A stretch of 63,994 bases of DNA, the filler included, from Octopus bimaculoides (lineage: Eukaryota): NCBI RefSeq assembly GCF_001194135.2. It is 7 parts of 6 records of this genome, joined end to end, with 100 filler letters (N's around TTAATTAATTAA, not from the genome) between each part and the next. Parts side by side here need not be neighbours in the genome. Positions count along the whole stretch, not along the records: positions 18,264 to 45,806 come from NC_068997.1; 6 more parts are not named here. One strand, given 5' to 3'. Made by a program: the position numbers and the translations under genes. This document shows, one piece after another, positions 25,235 through 38,194 of this stretch (position 1 is its first letter; each line of letters begins with the position of its first letter). The notes below the pieces were generated by a model. It ran no database searches. It was given only the letters and a program-made list of their open reading frames with translations, and was not told where the DNA came from.

Positions 25235-26230
25235 TATCAGCTCATTAAGAATGAAATGTCCAATGTTGAACTGAAAGTTTATTTTTCTTTATCTCAACAA
25301 AAAGCAATGCAGTTAATCGAAGTATCTAAATTATCAATACAATTTTGCCATTTTATCAGTAGCTTATTTATGCTGGCAACAAAGAATTCTGGAGAGCAAG
25401 AGGTAATGAAATCACAAAAGGCTGCTTTTGCATCTTCTTCAGATTTGAACATTTTTACTTGCTAAAAGTTGTCTAATGCCTGGAAAACGTGATAGTCAGT
25501 TGGTGCAAGGTCTGGTGAATATGATGGATGACAAAGTGCTTCTAAGTTCAGTTCCTGTAACTTGAGTAGCATTCTTTGTGCAACATGTGGTCGAGCATTG
25601 TCTTGCAAGAGAACTAGCCTGTCTCTATTGACCAATCTTGGTTATTTAATTGCAAGTTCACTCATCATTTCATCCAGTTGGTTGATGTATACATCCGCTG
25701 TAGTTGATTTACCAGGTCTCATGAAGATGTAATGGATGACACCAGTACTGGACCACCAAACAGACACCATTAGCTTTTTTTGGTGAATACTCTTTTTTGG
25801 ATTGTGTTTTGGCACTGTGTCTCTATCCAACCACCATACAGAACACTTGCTATTGTTGAAAAGAATCCATTTTTCATCACACGCAACATGTTGAAAAAAT
25901 GGTTCACTTTTATGCAGTGACAGCAAAAAACAGCAAGTTTCAAGACAATGTGTCATTTGATACTTGTTCAGTTTGTGCAGTATCCACTTGTCCAGCTTCT
26001 TTACCTTGCTGATTTATTTCAAATGGTCCAATGCAGTTGAAATCGAAACATCAGACCTTGCTGCCAACTCACACATAGTTTTCAGCTCATCATTATCCAC
26101 CCTGGTCTCAGGTCTACCATGGGGCTGATTTTCAAGAGTAAAGTCACCAGACCGGAACTTCTTAAACCATCAATGTACAGTGTACTCATTCACCACATCA
26201 TCTTAATGTCAACCACTTTACAGTGTACTG
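25235..26230 (-). mobile_element. Mariner element, decayed, one TIR-like end at about 25235
   Basis: ACDEKWILFNN, KKLMVSVWWS, QDNARPHVA and HPSYSPDLAPTDYHVF. Confidence 0.9.
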
Positions 26231-26389
26231 GGTGCTTTATATGTGGTACCAGCTGGGTTGCCAAGTAACTTGCAAGACAAAGATCTCCTCAGCTGAGATG
26301 GAGTGGTTCTGAAGGAGGTGGCTTTGTGCTGGTTGAGAGGTTAAAAGGGATAGAGATAGGTGTCTTACTATAGGAAAGATATTTGGCTA

Positions 26390-28340
26390 CATCATCATCG
26401 TTTAACGTCCGCTTTCCATGCTAGCATGGGTTGGCCGATTTGACTGAGGACTGGTGAAACCGGATGGCAACACCAGGCTCCAATCTAAATTTGGCAGAGT
26501 TTCTACAGCTGGATGCCCTTCCTAACACCAACCACTCAGAGAGTGTAGTAGGTGCTTTTACGTGTCACCTGCACGAAGGCTAGTCAGGCGATACTGGCAA
26601 CGGCCACGCTCGAAATGGTGTCTTTTATGTGCCACCCGCACAAGCCACTGGCAGTAAGAAAAGAAGGAAAGAGAAATAGTGTTTGAAATGCATCTGAACC
26701 TACTCACAAGGTAGTGGGGGATGGAGTACAGGTGGTATAGAGGGGGATGTTTCACAAGAGTGTGTGGGGAGATGCTTAGAGATGGGGAAGCAGTGACTAT
26801 AGCAAGTGATCGTGAGAGAAATTGGAGTAGCTAGGAGTGGGGGCTGTGATATATATATATGTAAGGATGGTTGTAAAAGAGATGCCTGTAGGTAAGGCCA
26901 TGATTTTACTCAGCTTGACGTGCCTTCTCAAGCACAGCAAATCACTAGATGTCTTGATCTCTTGTCATCTCCTCTGTGAGGCTTAACATCTGAAGATCAT
27001 TTCTCACTATTTTGTCCCAGGTCTTCCTGGTTCTACCTCTTTCATTGGTTCCCTACACAATCAGAGATTGGCACTTCTTTATGCAACTGTCCTCAACTAT
27101 ACATATCTCATGCCCACACTGGTGTAATTTTCTTTCTTGCATACATCTGATGCCTCTTATACTTAATTTTTCTCTTAAAAACATTTTTGTCATACATGCA
27201 CACTGACATTGTAGAATCAGTGGAGCATGCTGGCTTCATTTCTTTCAAGCTTTCACATATCCTCTCCAGTCATACCTTTGTCTCACTGCCATGTAGCATA
27301 GCTGTTTGTACACAGGCATCATACAATCTACCTATTACTCCAAGAGTGAGGCCCTTTGTTACCAACAAAGGTAATAGCTCCCTGAACTTTGCTCAGCCTG
27401 TTCTTATTTTAGCAACTACTCTCTCAGATCATCCTCCCCCACTGCTAACTTAGTCACCCAGGTAACAGAAGCTGTCTATTTTTTCTAAGGATTACTGCCA
27501 GTCATTTGAGAAAATCTATTTCCTGTACATTCTTAGTGCTTATTGTGCCTGTACACCTGCCACACACAAAGATCACTTTCTCTATTAACCTTCCTATGAT
27601 ACTATTGCACCTCTCATGTGTCCATAGCTTGCATTGGGTACACCTTATAGAATTTCTGCCTACACTTTTTCTACATAGTGAGCAGGGGCATCTCTCTGAA
27701 GGGATTAGTAATTTATCTGCTTTGGTTTTTGCTAAATCGCTCTAAGGCCCTTTTTGGTTCCAGACCTGAAATTTCTTCTATAATTCTAGTAGAGCGTTAG
27801 CTACAAGAACAAGGTCATCAGCACACAGGAGCTCCCAAGAGCAACCAGTCTATTATGGCCTGGAGGACGATGATAAAGAAGAGGAGGCTGAGAACTGAAC
27901 TTTGGTGAACTCCTACAATGTACATTAAATTCACTGCTATACTTATTACTTTCATCTTACATTCAGCATCCCTGTATATGGCATGTTTGGCCCTCACCAA
28001 TCACTCATCTATCTCTAGCTTCTGCACTGACCATAAAATGAGTAAGCAACAGACCCTGTCAAAAGCTTTCTCCATGTCAACAAAAGCCGAGTGCAGAGAT
28101 TTATTTTTGGTTAAATGCTTCTCTTGCAGCTGCCTTACTTGGAAGATAGCACAAAACTGAAATGCATTTCATCATATCCTTAATTGCTTTATCTACCAAG
28201 CTACTGTCAGTTTGAATAGCTGGTCCCTCTGTTGAGTCTATTAGGCAAACTTTCCTTCTCTCATGCAATCTCTACATTTAGCAGCCATTCATAGCAATAC
28301 TTTTTCACTTCTTTGTCTGCAAAATCATTAAGTGCAAGTG
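26390..28340 (-). mobile_element. RTE-clade LINE remnant(s): 3' UTR with (GAT)n tail at 26390 plus a decayed RT region
   Basis: VGVHQSSVLSLLFFIIVLQAI and colinearity with 31150-33130; tttctacagctggatgcccttcctaa UTR motif. The CpG-richer 26390-26655 part may be a separate insertion. Confidence 0.8.
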
Positions 28341-28634
28341 AACCATCATCCATACAAACATTCCTCTCCTACAACATCATGATTTTCTCTGATACACTGT
28401 CTTATAGTGATTTTTTTCTCAATATTAATGTGGTTGAATGTTGATACAAATAATTGATATCTTCTGGTTTTTATGTCTGTTTTTCTATCTGCATAAAGTA
28501 AATTATTTTCAGTTTTGATATTTGAACAAATTAGAAATTGTGAATTGTTTACACATGAAACACTTAAGTATGAATGGCTTGGTTTAACAGTTCAAATATA
28601 CTATAATAGTTGTATTTCTTATCAGCTGCTGCTA

Positions 28635-28870
28635 CTGCTATTACTACATCCTCCTCTTCCTTTAACATTTGTTTCCCATGCTGGCATGGGTTGGACGGTC
28701 TGACCAGGGCTGGCAAGCTGGAAGGCTTCACCAGACTCCAGTCTGTTTTGGCTTGGTTTCCATGGCTGGATGCCCTTCCTAATGCCAACCATTTTACAGT
28801 GTGTGCTGGGTACTTTTAACATGGCACTGGCATGAATGGTTTTATGTGGCACTGGCACAGGGCTCTTGCA
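28635..28870 (-). mobile_element. RTE 3' UTR fragment
   Basis: ttcccatgctggcatgggttggacgg...ggctggatgcccttcctaatgccaacc. Confidence 0.8.
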
Positions 28871-29528
28871 GGCCAAACCTCTTTGTCAGGAGGAGCAACC
28901 TTATCAATTTTGCTGTGGAGAATAGGTCTTCTTAAGTACAAGAAAACATTAGCCATAGAAATGGAATGTTTGTATGGCAATGAAATATAGTGGTTGTTAA
29001 AAATTTGTCGTCACTGGCATGGTTTGTCTCAATACCTATATGTTAGTGCAGCAGCTCAATTGGGAAAACAACTGCTGTTCAAAGGTGTGAGCACAGGATA
29101 TTGTTGGTTCCAAGATGAAATATAAATGAATGATAGATGCTAAGCAGACAGATGACTTGAGTTACCATAGAAGTACATGAAACTTGATACAATGGAAACT
29201 GTTGAGAAATCTCATATCACTAAGCATCACAAATATATGTAGATCATATCACCATAAACAGAAGCACATCAATAGGCTGAGGAGAGTGTATTTTTTAAAA
29301 CAAATCTGAATTAAAATGTAAACACACAATAAATAAAATAAACAAAATATATTTTTCAATAAGTTAAATAATGAGAAATCATCAGTGATTATAGTGTAAA
29401 TATATTTACAATAATTTTTACAAAAAAAAGTGTGATATTTCATAATTTCTTATTAGGATGCGAGAATCTATTTTCGGAATATTCAAATGTTGAATAGTTA
29501 TTTAATCGATTATCATTTCATTGCAAAT

Positions 29529-29588
29529 TTATCCCCATGCAGCAGTTTTGCAATAATGCAGCACCAATTTACCATCACTGCCATAACA
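29529..29588 (-). CDS. ATG12: ATG12 terminal coding exon
   Basis: tttttttttccAG|TGT. Encodes CYGSDGKLVLHYCKTAAWG*, ending in the Gly that is conjugated to ATG5. The spliced protein is 124 aa with all phases consistent. Confidence 0.97.
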   Translation of the reverse strand, partial: CYGSDGKLVLHYCKTAAWG

Positions 29589-29854
29589 CTGGAAAAAAAA
29601 TTACAAAATATACCAATTAGAATTCATATATATATATATATATGCAAAAGACAGTTGTGCATAAATACATGTATGACAAGGTTACAGAGATTTAACAAAG
29701 TTCCGAGATTGAAAAACTGGAAATTTGACAATGAAAAAATTGAAAAATGTGAAAAACAAAAACTTAAAGGGCATAAGAGAGTTTAAATAACAATCAATCT
29801 CAATACACAACATGCAGACAAAAAAGTCCCTGTAACTTAGAGGTTTGGCAATAT

Positions 29855-30045
29855 AGACCAATAGAATAAGTACTAGACTTAAAACAGATAAGTGCTGGGG
29901 TCAATTCGTTCAAGGCAGTGCCCCAGATACAAGAAAAATATATGCAGGCATGGCTGCATGATTAAGAAGCTTGTTTTCCAACCAGGTCGTTTCAGGTTCA
30001 GTACCAATGCATGGCACCTTGGGCAAGAGTCTTCTACAATAACCG
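29855..30045 (+). mobile_element. SINE family B fragments (tail then head)
   Basis: aatagaataagtactag...caaggcagtgccccag, then gcaggcatggctg...ggcaccttgggcaag. Confidence 0.7.
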
Positions 30046-30300
30046 AATTCATTTACTATCCACAGTAGGGTCTGATGTTTTAACCTGCTATGAAATGTTC
30101 TGAAGTGTAGTCTGTTCATTATGTTACAACACAATTATATTTATGGGTGCATAAATTCATAAGTATATTTATTTATATATGTGTGATGGATGATGTAGTG
30201 TCGCTTATATACCAAACAGAGATTACAAAACAGCTGTCAACTGATAGAATAAGCATCAATTCTTTCACTTCACTTCTCTTATCTGGTCAATTTTTACACA

Positions 30301-30690
30301 CAGGCGCAGGAGTGGCTGTGTGGTAAGTAGCTTGCTTACCAACCACATGGTTGCGGGTTCAGTCCCACAGCGTGGCACCTTGGGCAAGTGTCTTCTGCTA
30401 AAGCCTTGGGCCGACCAAAGCCTTGTGAGTGGATTTGGTAGACGGAAACTGAAAGAAGCCCGTCGGATATATGTATATGTATATATATATATGTGTTTGT
30501 CCCCCCAACATCGCTTGACAACCGATGCTGGTGTGTTTATGTCCCCGTAGCTTAGTGGTTCAGCAAAAGAGACTGATAGAATAAGTACTAGGCTTACAAA
30601 GAATAAGTCCTGGGGGGTTGATTTGCTCGACTAAAGGCGGTGCTCCAGCATGTCCACAGTCAAATGACTGAAACAAGTAAAAGAGTAAAG
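30301..30690 (+). mobile_element. SINE family B (tRNA head, CORE-like CCTTGGGCAAGT segment), full length and CpG-intact, in ATG12 intron 3
   Basis: A-box-like tggctgtgtggt and B-box-like gggttcagtccc; 3' tail gactgaaacaagtaaaagag. Many copies in the window. Confidence 0.9.
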
Positions 30691-31149
30691 AGAAAAGAGT
30701 ATACTCTTCACCATTGAGGCTATATCCTAGCCATAACTATGTCTTTTCTTGATAGTCATGCACCAGATGGGGAGCTTACTATGAGCTCAGTTTGATTTTT
30801 GAATCCCAATTCTTAAATATATGTGAGTGTGTGTGTAAAATTATGTATGTATACACACACATATATATAATCCAAGTAAGAAAACAAAAAAAGAGTTTAG
30901 TACATCTTTAATGACCAGTTACAATTGTTTTGGTACTACTATGTTATTACCAACACTGCATGCAAAAGTCCCATGTAAAAGGTTACATAATATTTATTGT
31001 TTTATACATTAGTGTCGTACTTGCATCAGAAAGGTGCCCTCTGACGTTGCAACTGTCAAGTGTCATATGTTATTAGAAGAAGAAATAAAGGGTGTGGTAG
31101 GCTAATGACAAAACTACTACATCACCAACAACAAGGCAGACAATAATCA

Positions 31150-33130
31150 AGTAAGAATCAAAAGAGAGTTTGCCTAATGTGGACCAAACAGATAAAGCAA
31201 TTAAGGATATGAAGACAGGGAAAACACCTGACCCATCAGAAATCACCACCAAGATGTTTAAAATATCTGGCAAAGTGGGATTTAACCTAGTCACCAGTAT
31301 AGTTAATCAGGTTGTCTATGAGGGAGTCACACCCAACAACTGATATAGCAGTATTATAGTCAACTGCCACAAAAGGTGAAATTGATGCCTTACACAGAAA
31401 TAATTACAAAGATACCAAATTGCTGGACCAGGTCATGAAAGTTACAGAGAGGGTTATAACTTAAATAATTAAGAAGAGAGTTAACCTGGATGAGATGCAA
31501 TTTGGTTTCGTGCCAAGGAAATGCACTACTGATGCTATCTTCTTGATAAGGCAACTGCAGGAGAAATATTTAGCCAAGTATACACCTCTGTACTTGGCTT
31601 TTGCAGACCTGAAGAAAGCCTTTTGATAGAGTCCTGCGCTCCCTTATTTGGTAGTCAGTGCAGAAGCTAGGGATAGACGAGTAGTTGGTGAGAGCTGTAC
31701 AAGCCATGTACAAGGATGCTGTCAGTAAGGTGAAGGTTGGCAATGAGTATAGCAATGAATTTAGTGAACAAGAAGGATTTCACCAAGGATTGATTCTCAG
31801 CCCCCTCTTGTTTATCATAGTCCTCCAGGCCATAACAGAGGAATTTAAGACTGGTTGCCCTTGGGAGCTCCTCTATGCTGATGACCTTGTTCTTATAGCT
31901 GAATCACTACCAGAACTGAAGAAGAAATTTCAGATATGGAAATGAGATCTGAAATCAAAGGGCCTTAGAGTTAATTTAGCAAAGACTAAAGTCCTAGTAA
32001 GCAGGAAAACAGACAAATTTCAGATCCCTTCAGGGAGATGAGCCTGCTTGATATGGAGGAAAGGTGTTGGTAGAAATTCCATACAATGTACCCAGCTATG
32101 GACTCAAGTGGTGCAGCGGTATCACAGGAAGGTTAACAAAATAATTTTTGTGCGTGGTAGATGTGCAGGTACGATAAAAGCTTAGAATGTACAGAGAATA
32201 AACTTCCTCAAGTGTCTGGGAGAATCCTTAGAAGTAGTAGATAGCTTCTGTTATCTAAGCAACCTAGTTAGCATTAGAGGAGGAAGTTATGAAAGCATAG
32301 TTGCTAGAATAAGAACAGGGTGGGCCAAAATCAGAGATCTGCTATCTTTGTTGGTAACAAAGGCCTCTCCATAAGGGTGAAAGGCAGATTGTATAATTGC
32401 TATGCTGCATGGCAGTGAAACATGGGCTACAACTAGAGAGGACATGCAAAGGCTTGAAAAAAGTGAAGCCAGTATACTCCACTGGATGAGTAATGTCAGT
32501 GTGCATGTACGACAGAGTGTAAATGAGAGAGAAATTGGGTATAAGAGGCAACAGTGCAAGAGAGAAGATTGTGCTGGTACGATCACGTGATGAGTATGGA
32601 TGAGGACAGTTGCAAAAAGAAGTGCTGATTTGTAATCATGGAGGAAATCTGTGGAAGAGGTAAAGCCAAGAAGACGTGGGATGAAGTGGTGAAAAAGGAT
32701 CTTCAGATGTTGAGGCTCATAGAGATGACAAGGGACTGAAACTTCTGATGGTTTGTTGTGCTTGAGAAAACATGTCAAGCTAAGTAAAACTGTGGCTGTC
32801 CATACACACATGCATGTCCTCTATGTCTCTCTGTTTTAGCCGAGATGTCCTATGCTTTGAGGGCTTACAAATGCTGGTGCCATGAAAACATGCCCACGAT
32901 GGTGCCACATAAAAGCATCTGTACTGGTGCCAAGTAAATGCTTCTGTACTGGTGCCATGTAAAAGCGCCCAGTACACCCTGTGAAATGGTTGGCATTAAG
33001 AAGTGCATCCAGCTGTAGAAACCATGCCAAAACAGACAACTGTAACCTGGGCAGCTCTCCAGCTGGCTAGTTCCAGTCAAACTGTTCAATCCATGCCAGC
33101 TTGGAAAATAGACATGAAATGTTGATGATG
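31150..33130 (+). mobile_element. RTE-clade LINE, decayed, antisense in ATG12 intron 3
   Basis: LDEMQFGFVP, LYLAFADLKKAF, QGLILSPLLFIIVL and LLYADDLVL, with stops and frameshifts; 3' UTR ending in gatgatgattgatg. Confidence 0.9.
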
Positions 33131-33789
33131 ATTGATGAAGTGGAAAGCACTTGAGCTTGCCTTGAGCAAAGAAATAAACAAAGCTGTGATACAATGTTTC
33201 ATCCTTTTTGTTTTTTTTAGATGTTATGGTGTAGTTTAAGGAAAATTGGGCTGCTATTTCTAGTAGGTCAAGAGACAACATAAATATTTCACATGTGCTC
33301 ATTTCCATGTCAATGTAGATCAGTATAAACAATAATAATAGACACTTTCAATTAGTTAAAATTACATGACTTTAAATGCTTGTAACTTCCTAATTTCTAG
33401 AGAAAAATGAATCCACTTTTCATCATCAGCAAGCAAAATTACATTAGTAATACATTTTGTTAAAAAATAATCTGGTAAAAATTTGAAAAACTTCAAGTTA
33501 CTGGAAGAAATTTAACGTGATCTGAATGCAATATATCATGCAAACACATACACTCTGTATACTAATTGCTTGTTTGTAAAAATTTTCATTTTGTGTATGT
33601 ATGTGTGCACACATATTCACACACAGACTCATTATATTATTGCTCATTATCTTATCAATCCTGGGATAAATGGAATCTATGAATTACATAATCTGACTAA
33701 CTATATCCAGTATAAACTCTATTTATCCTTGCTGGATATATGAAAGATAAATTGTAGAAATAGGAAAGAAAGAAAACTATGTAACTTAC

Positions 33790-33852
33790 ATCAAATAATA
33801 TGCCAACAGGTGTGTCTAAAGATGGTGCAAATGACTGCCTCACATACAGAAA
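33790..33852 (-). CDS. ATG12: ATG12 coding exon 3 (63 nt)
   Basis: ttttgacAG|TTT ... GAT|GTAAGT. Encodes FLYVRQSFAPSLDTPVGILFD (F.YV.QSFAPS.D motif of ATG12). Confidence 0.95.
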
Positions 33853-34771
33853 CTGTCAAAACAAACCAAAAGAAATAACATTAATCAACAAATATTGGTG
33901 ATACAAGATTTCACATACAGCTATTTGTCCCTCCTACAGTTAGTTTATAACACAGTTACTAATATATAATATTTGGCTACCATCAGACCCATTGCAATAG
34001 TCACATCCTGGAAGCAATAACACAATCTGGTATGACTGGAACCCAATTCTATGACACAGTATTGCACTATAAAACTAATTCATATCACATAAAAATTTGA
34101 GTGAGACCTCATCTCAACAAGATATGTTTCAGGAGGAATTCTCAACAAAATAATATCTAAAAACATGCAAACCTCTGAATTGACTCCTATTTATCATGGG
34201 AAAATGGCCTTTTCCTACACTAATTCAAAAGTTCTCTAAATCCAAAAGATGTAAGGGCACATTAATTTACTTATACTTTTACAAATTTTAGATATTTTGT
34301 ATATGAACTGCAGGATCCTGTGGGATATTGTTCCTGCAATTTACATTACAGCTGACATGCATGCTGAAACAAGCAGTCTCTGTAGACTTAGAGAACACTG
34401 CCTCACCAACTAAACATACTTTTGTTGTGTTCTTAAGAAGACATAAAATAGCTGACACAAAGGCTTTGAACTCAAGAACATTGGGTAGAATAAACATAGA
34501 TGATTAAGGTACTTGAGACAATCAACTGAGATGTTGGGGTTTTAGCCTTTCAATTGCACAGTGAAACAGACCTGTCAACAGTTAAAATTAGATACTGCAG
34601 TGTAGGGATAGCATTGCAAATTGAGAAGTGGCTAGTTAGCTTGCAGTGTTGTGGGCCGGGAGCATCGACTGCTGACTGTTACAAACTATGTAACATAATA
34701 ACCTAGTGACATCAATTACGTGGTGGACATTTTTCATTACCATGAAGGACACAGAATCAGTAATTACATAC

Positions 34772-34908
34772 CATAGAGTCGGCGGGATCACACTTGATAT
34801 ATTTCTTTATAAATTCACATATTGAGCCGACTTTCATACTCCGTTCTACAGCCCATCTCTTCTTCTTCATGATAGGAGCATCACCAGCAGGTTTCAAAAG
34901 TACATCGA
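34772..34908 (-). CDS. ATG12: ATG12 coding exon 2 (137 nt)
   Basis: ttctatAG|tc ... ATG|GTATGT. Encodes (V)DVLLKPAGDAPIMKKKRWAVERSMKVGSICEFIKKYIKCDPADSM, the start of the ATG12 ubiquitin-like fold. Confidence 0.95.
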
Positions 34909-35604
34909 CTATAGAATGGATTAATTCAATAGAAAAATACAGATAAATGTGTGGGGGAGGGGGGGTAAATGGAAAGAAACAGAAAATCAGATAATTAGGT
35001 AGACAGACAGGTATATAAATGCAGATAAATATAAGTCATATAAATAGATAGACAACGGGACACAATATCGTACAAACATAGAAAAAAAACTAACGGAAAG
35101 ATAGACAAATATACACAAGTATACAAGGTGTACAGAAATCGGTACGAGTAAAAAGATTAAAAGCATAAAACAAAACAAAAAACATAGACATACACACACA
35201 GACAAGCACTCAGTAAGACTGACATCTGAGTTATAACAATTCCAGTGAAATAGTACGAGTGGACCTATATGAATTGTCCAACATATTCCAAGACATACAA
35301 TAAGACATATTTGTCCATATTAAAATTTCCCGTAGCAGTGTTGAAGGAATCCTTCACTCATAGTTTATTTCTCTCACAACACCTTATCTAAATACATATA
35401 TCAGACAGTTTAATTCCTTGCAATATAGAACGGTGTGGCATACTTATCTCAAAATCATTAGACATAAAGTAGTATCAACTAATAATCGATACCGAGTAAC
35501 AGACTGGTTACATCGCATAACTGAACGTTGAAGACATCGTGCTCCAACACATTCATAAGACCATATGTATATCTTAAGGGAATAAATAGTAATCAGTTGC
35601 TAAC

Positions 35605-35719
35605 CTTTAACTTTAGCTTGATGTGAAGGACTCTGTGGAGTAGTGCCTGTATCAGCTACTGCGTGTACAACAGGTGATGTAGTCGTCTCTAAGTTTTCAA
35701 CAGTTTCACTTTCCGACAT
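35605..35719 (-). CDS. ATG12: ATG12 coding exon 1
   Basis: aacaaaATG start; MSESETVENLETTTSPVVHAVADTGTTPQSPSHQAKVK, then G|GTTAGC donor. Phase 1, completing a Val codon with exon 2. A low-complexity N-terminus is typical of ATG12. Confidence 0.85.
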
Positions 35720-35882
35720 TTTGTTCTGTCAGCTCAGCTTGTTTTTTTTTTTTAGCGAAAATAATAACAATGAAAATATAATTACCAAATATTATATTTC
35801 TTCAAGTAAATAATACAATATTTTTTAATATTTAATTATTATATGTTATACGTTTTTACCCGATATGTTTTTGGAAATTATT

Positions 35883-35890
35883 TTGTTTAC
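35883..35890. promoter_or_regulatory. FoxO-type element TTGTTTAC upstream of ATG12
   Basis: Exact 8-mer about 165 nt 5' of the ATG12 start codon; a short motif in AT-rich DNA. Confidence 0.3.
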
Positions 35891-37489
35891 GAATATAAAC
35901 ATACTAGCTTAACTCAAATGTTTATGAACCGGAATTGTAAATATTACCCAGATTTTGAGGAGCAAACTAATTCTTGTGAATCAATATAAAAATTACGAGG
36001 AAACCTCTATTAAAATCTTACTATTTTACGTAAATCACCAAAATCTTTCATAAAGGTTCATGAAACCTCGACTCTTTTTCATTTCTGGGTCCTTGAAAAT
36101 GAAACGTTGTTTTTAGTAAATAAGTAACGATGCTTTGTAGGGAGACATTCCAGAAAGCAGTTGACTGAGGATTCACGAGACAGAAGGTCTTGTAAAATTT
36201 CTAAGTACTCTGATATTCTATAGGTATCCAGCATAACGTTATTATTTCCAGTCACTTTTGTACTTCTAGGGCTCGAAGTTCGAGATGGAAAAATATCTGC
36301 CGTTTTCACCAGATAGCTTCAAACACAAGATCCACTTCAAACTGCATTGTCCTTATCTACAAAAATTTGGATGAGCGGATAAGTATTGGAATTGTCTTCT
36401 TTACTTCTTGTTCTTAGATGTTAAATACTCTTACAGTGAGTTTTGTCTTCTGATTGCCAAGGATAAGTTTCTCAACTTACTGAGATTGTAGTGTATGTGT
36501 TATTTAGTAGACAAAATATTCCCTTAACGTAATTTCTTTCAGCTACTTTGTTCTGTGACTACTTTCCTTTATATTACTGGTTGTTATATCTCAGTCTTGC
36601 GAACTGAAATATAACAGAATCGAAACATGCCTATTACTTTCACTAGCTAGCTTAGCGATTTTTCGTTTTAGGGATATGTTAGTACGGGATTAAAAGAGAA
36701 AATTTAAAATGTTACTGGGAATGTACAAAAATAGACTACAGAAGCGAAACGAGCGACTTAATGCTTAAAATAGTTGTTAAAGATCATTATAAGTGATCTT
36801 ATAAGAGCATTAATTTATGAAGATTGCATCGTAGAAAATTAGACATTTAAAAAAAAAAAAAAAANNNNNNNNNNNNNNNNNNNNNNNNNNNNNNNNNNNN
36901 NNNNNNNNNNNNNNNNNNNNNNNNNNNNNNNNNNNNNNNNNNNNNNNNNNNNNNNNNNNNNNNNNNNNNNNNNNNNNNNNNNNNNNNNNNNNNNNNNNNN
37001 NNNNNNNNNNNNNNNNNNNNNNNNNNNNNNNNNNNNNNNNNNNNNNNNNNNNNNNNNNNNNNNNNNNNNNNNNNNNNNNNNNNNNNNNNNNNNNNNNNNN
37101 ATTTCCATCATTTTTTTTTTTACTTTTTTCAGATTTTTTTTTAAGAATTTTTTTTCTCTAAATATGCAGAAAAATACGGACATTATGATTTGGACGAAAA
37201 TTTCAAAACATTTCTATACTTACGGTTAGGGTTAGTGTTGCGGAAAAATAAGTCAAAATTGAAGAAGTTGGGGGTGGGGAAATTTCACAATGCCGATTTT
37301 TGGCAATTTTATGGAACCTCCGTATCCGAAAACGGGGATTTTTGGCAAAAAATAAATAAATAAATAAAATAAACAAATTTTATTTAAATATAGGAATCTG
37401 GTTCAACCAGTATTGCTGGAAAATATTTTACTGCTTTGGACAAATGTTTTCTTAAATCTAATCAGTATCATGCCATTTTTAAATGGCAC

Positions 37490-38190
37490 ACAGTGAAGGT
37501 ATCCTATGCTAAGTCTGCTAATTTAGAGCAGCTTATGCATTGCAAAATGTGACAAAGGTTCAATTACCCACTTACTGGATCTAGCGAACATACGCATCTA
37601 AATACAAACAAAGATGTAAACCACAATGACAAACACCGATTAGGGCCAAATTGTAATAATAGAAATACTTATGATACAGCTTACACGGTAACGACGTCGG
37701 TAAATGGAGCCAGGACTGCTTTATATACAAATAAATACGATAAATGCTCATGCAGAGAAAAATCAAAATGTCCATTGATGAATCCCAGTATGAGTACAAA
37801 TCTTGTATATAAATGTACCGTGCACACAAAGGGAGGGCCATATGTTTACATTGGGCAGACAGCTGATTCATTTAAGAAATGTTATTGTAACCATGTCGCT
37901 AGCTTTAAGACAATTAATAAGAGACATTCAATATCTTTGGCTGATTTTGTATGGTGACTGAAGGAGGATAAAATGAAGTACAGCATAACGAAAAAGGCGT
38001 GCAAAACCATACAACATAATTTCCAGGAGATGCTGTCTCTGCTCCCAGGAATCCCTGTCTATTCTGTGGACTAATGAGAAGATCATTAATAGAATTTCTG
38101 AAAGACTCTCGAGATACCTACATGTGTATAAATGTACTTTCGCACAATGCAGGGGGAATGAATTTTCATTAACTGTTAACATAATTTACT
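37490..38190 (+). mobile_element. Penelope-like element GIY-YIG region (another family), decayed
   Basis: KCSCREKSKCPL...NLVYKCTV...YVYIGQTADSFKKCYCNHVASF...SLADFVW: the CCC linker plus the VY/YIG motifs of PLE endonucleases. Confidence 0.8.
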
Positions 38191-38194
38191 TTAA

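Noticed and set aside
33940-34000. ATG12 exon-4-like peptide CNGSDGSQILY in intron 2 (minus strand)
   Set aside because: Only six residues are similar, there is no AG acceptor and the order is wrong; most likely chance.
34288-34497. 69-aa minus-strand ORF inside ATG12 intron 2
   Set aside because: ATG12 exons 2 and 3 already join in frame, and the ORF has no homology or good splice sites.
36079-36480. Minus-strand ORF, or a divergent partner gene at the ATG12 promoter
   Set aside because: No consistent exon structure; frames close quickly after the candidate acceptors on both strands.
37224-37236. Telomeric GGTTAGGGTTAG
   Set aside because: Only two units, inside a dispersed repeat.
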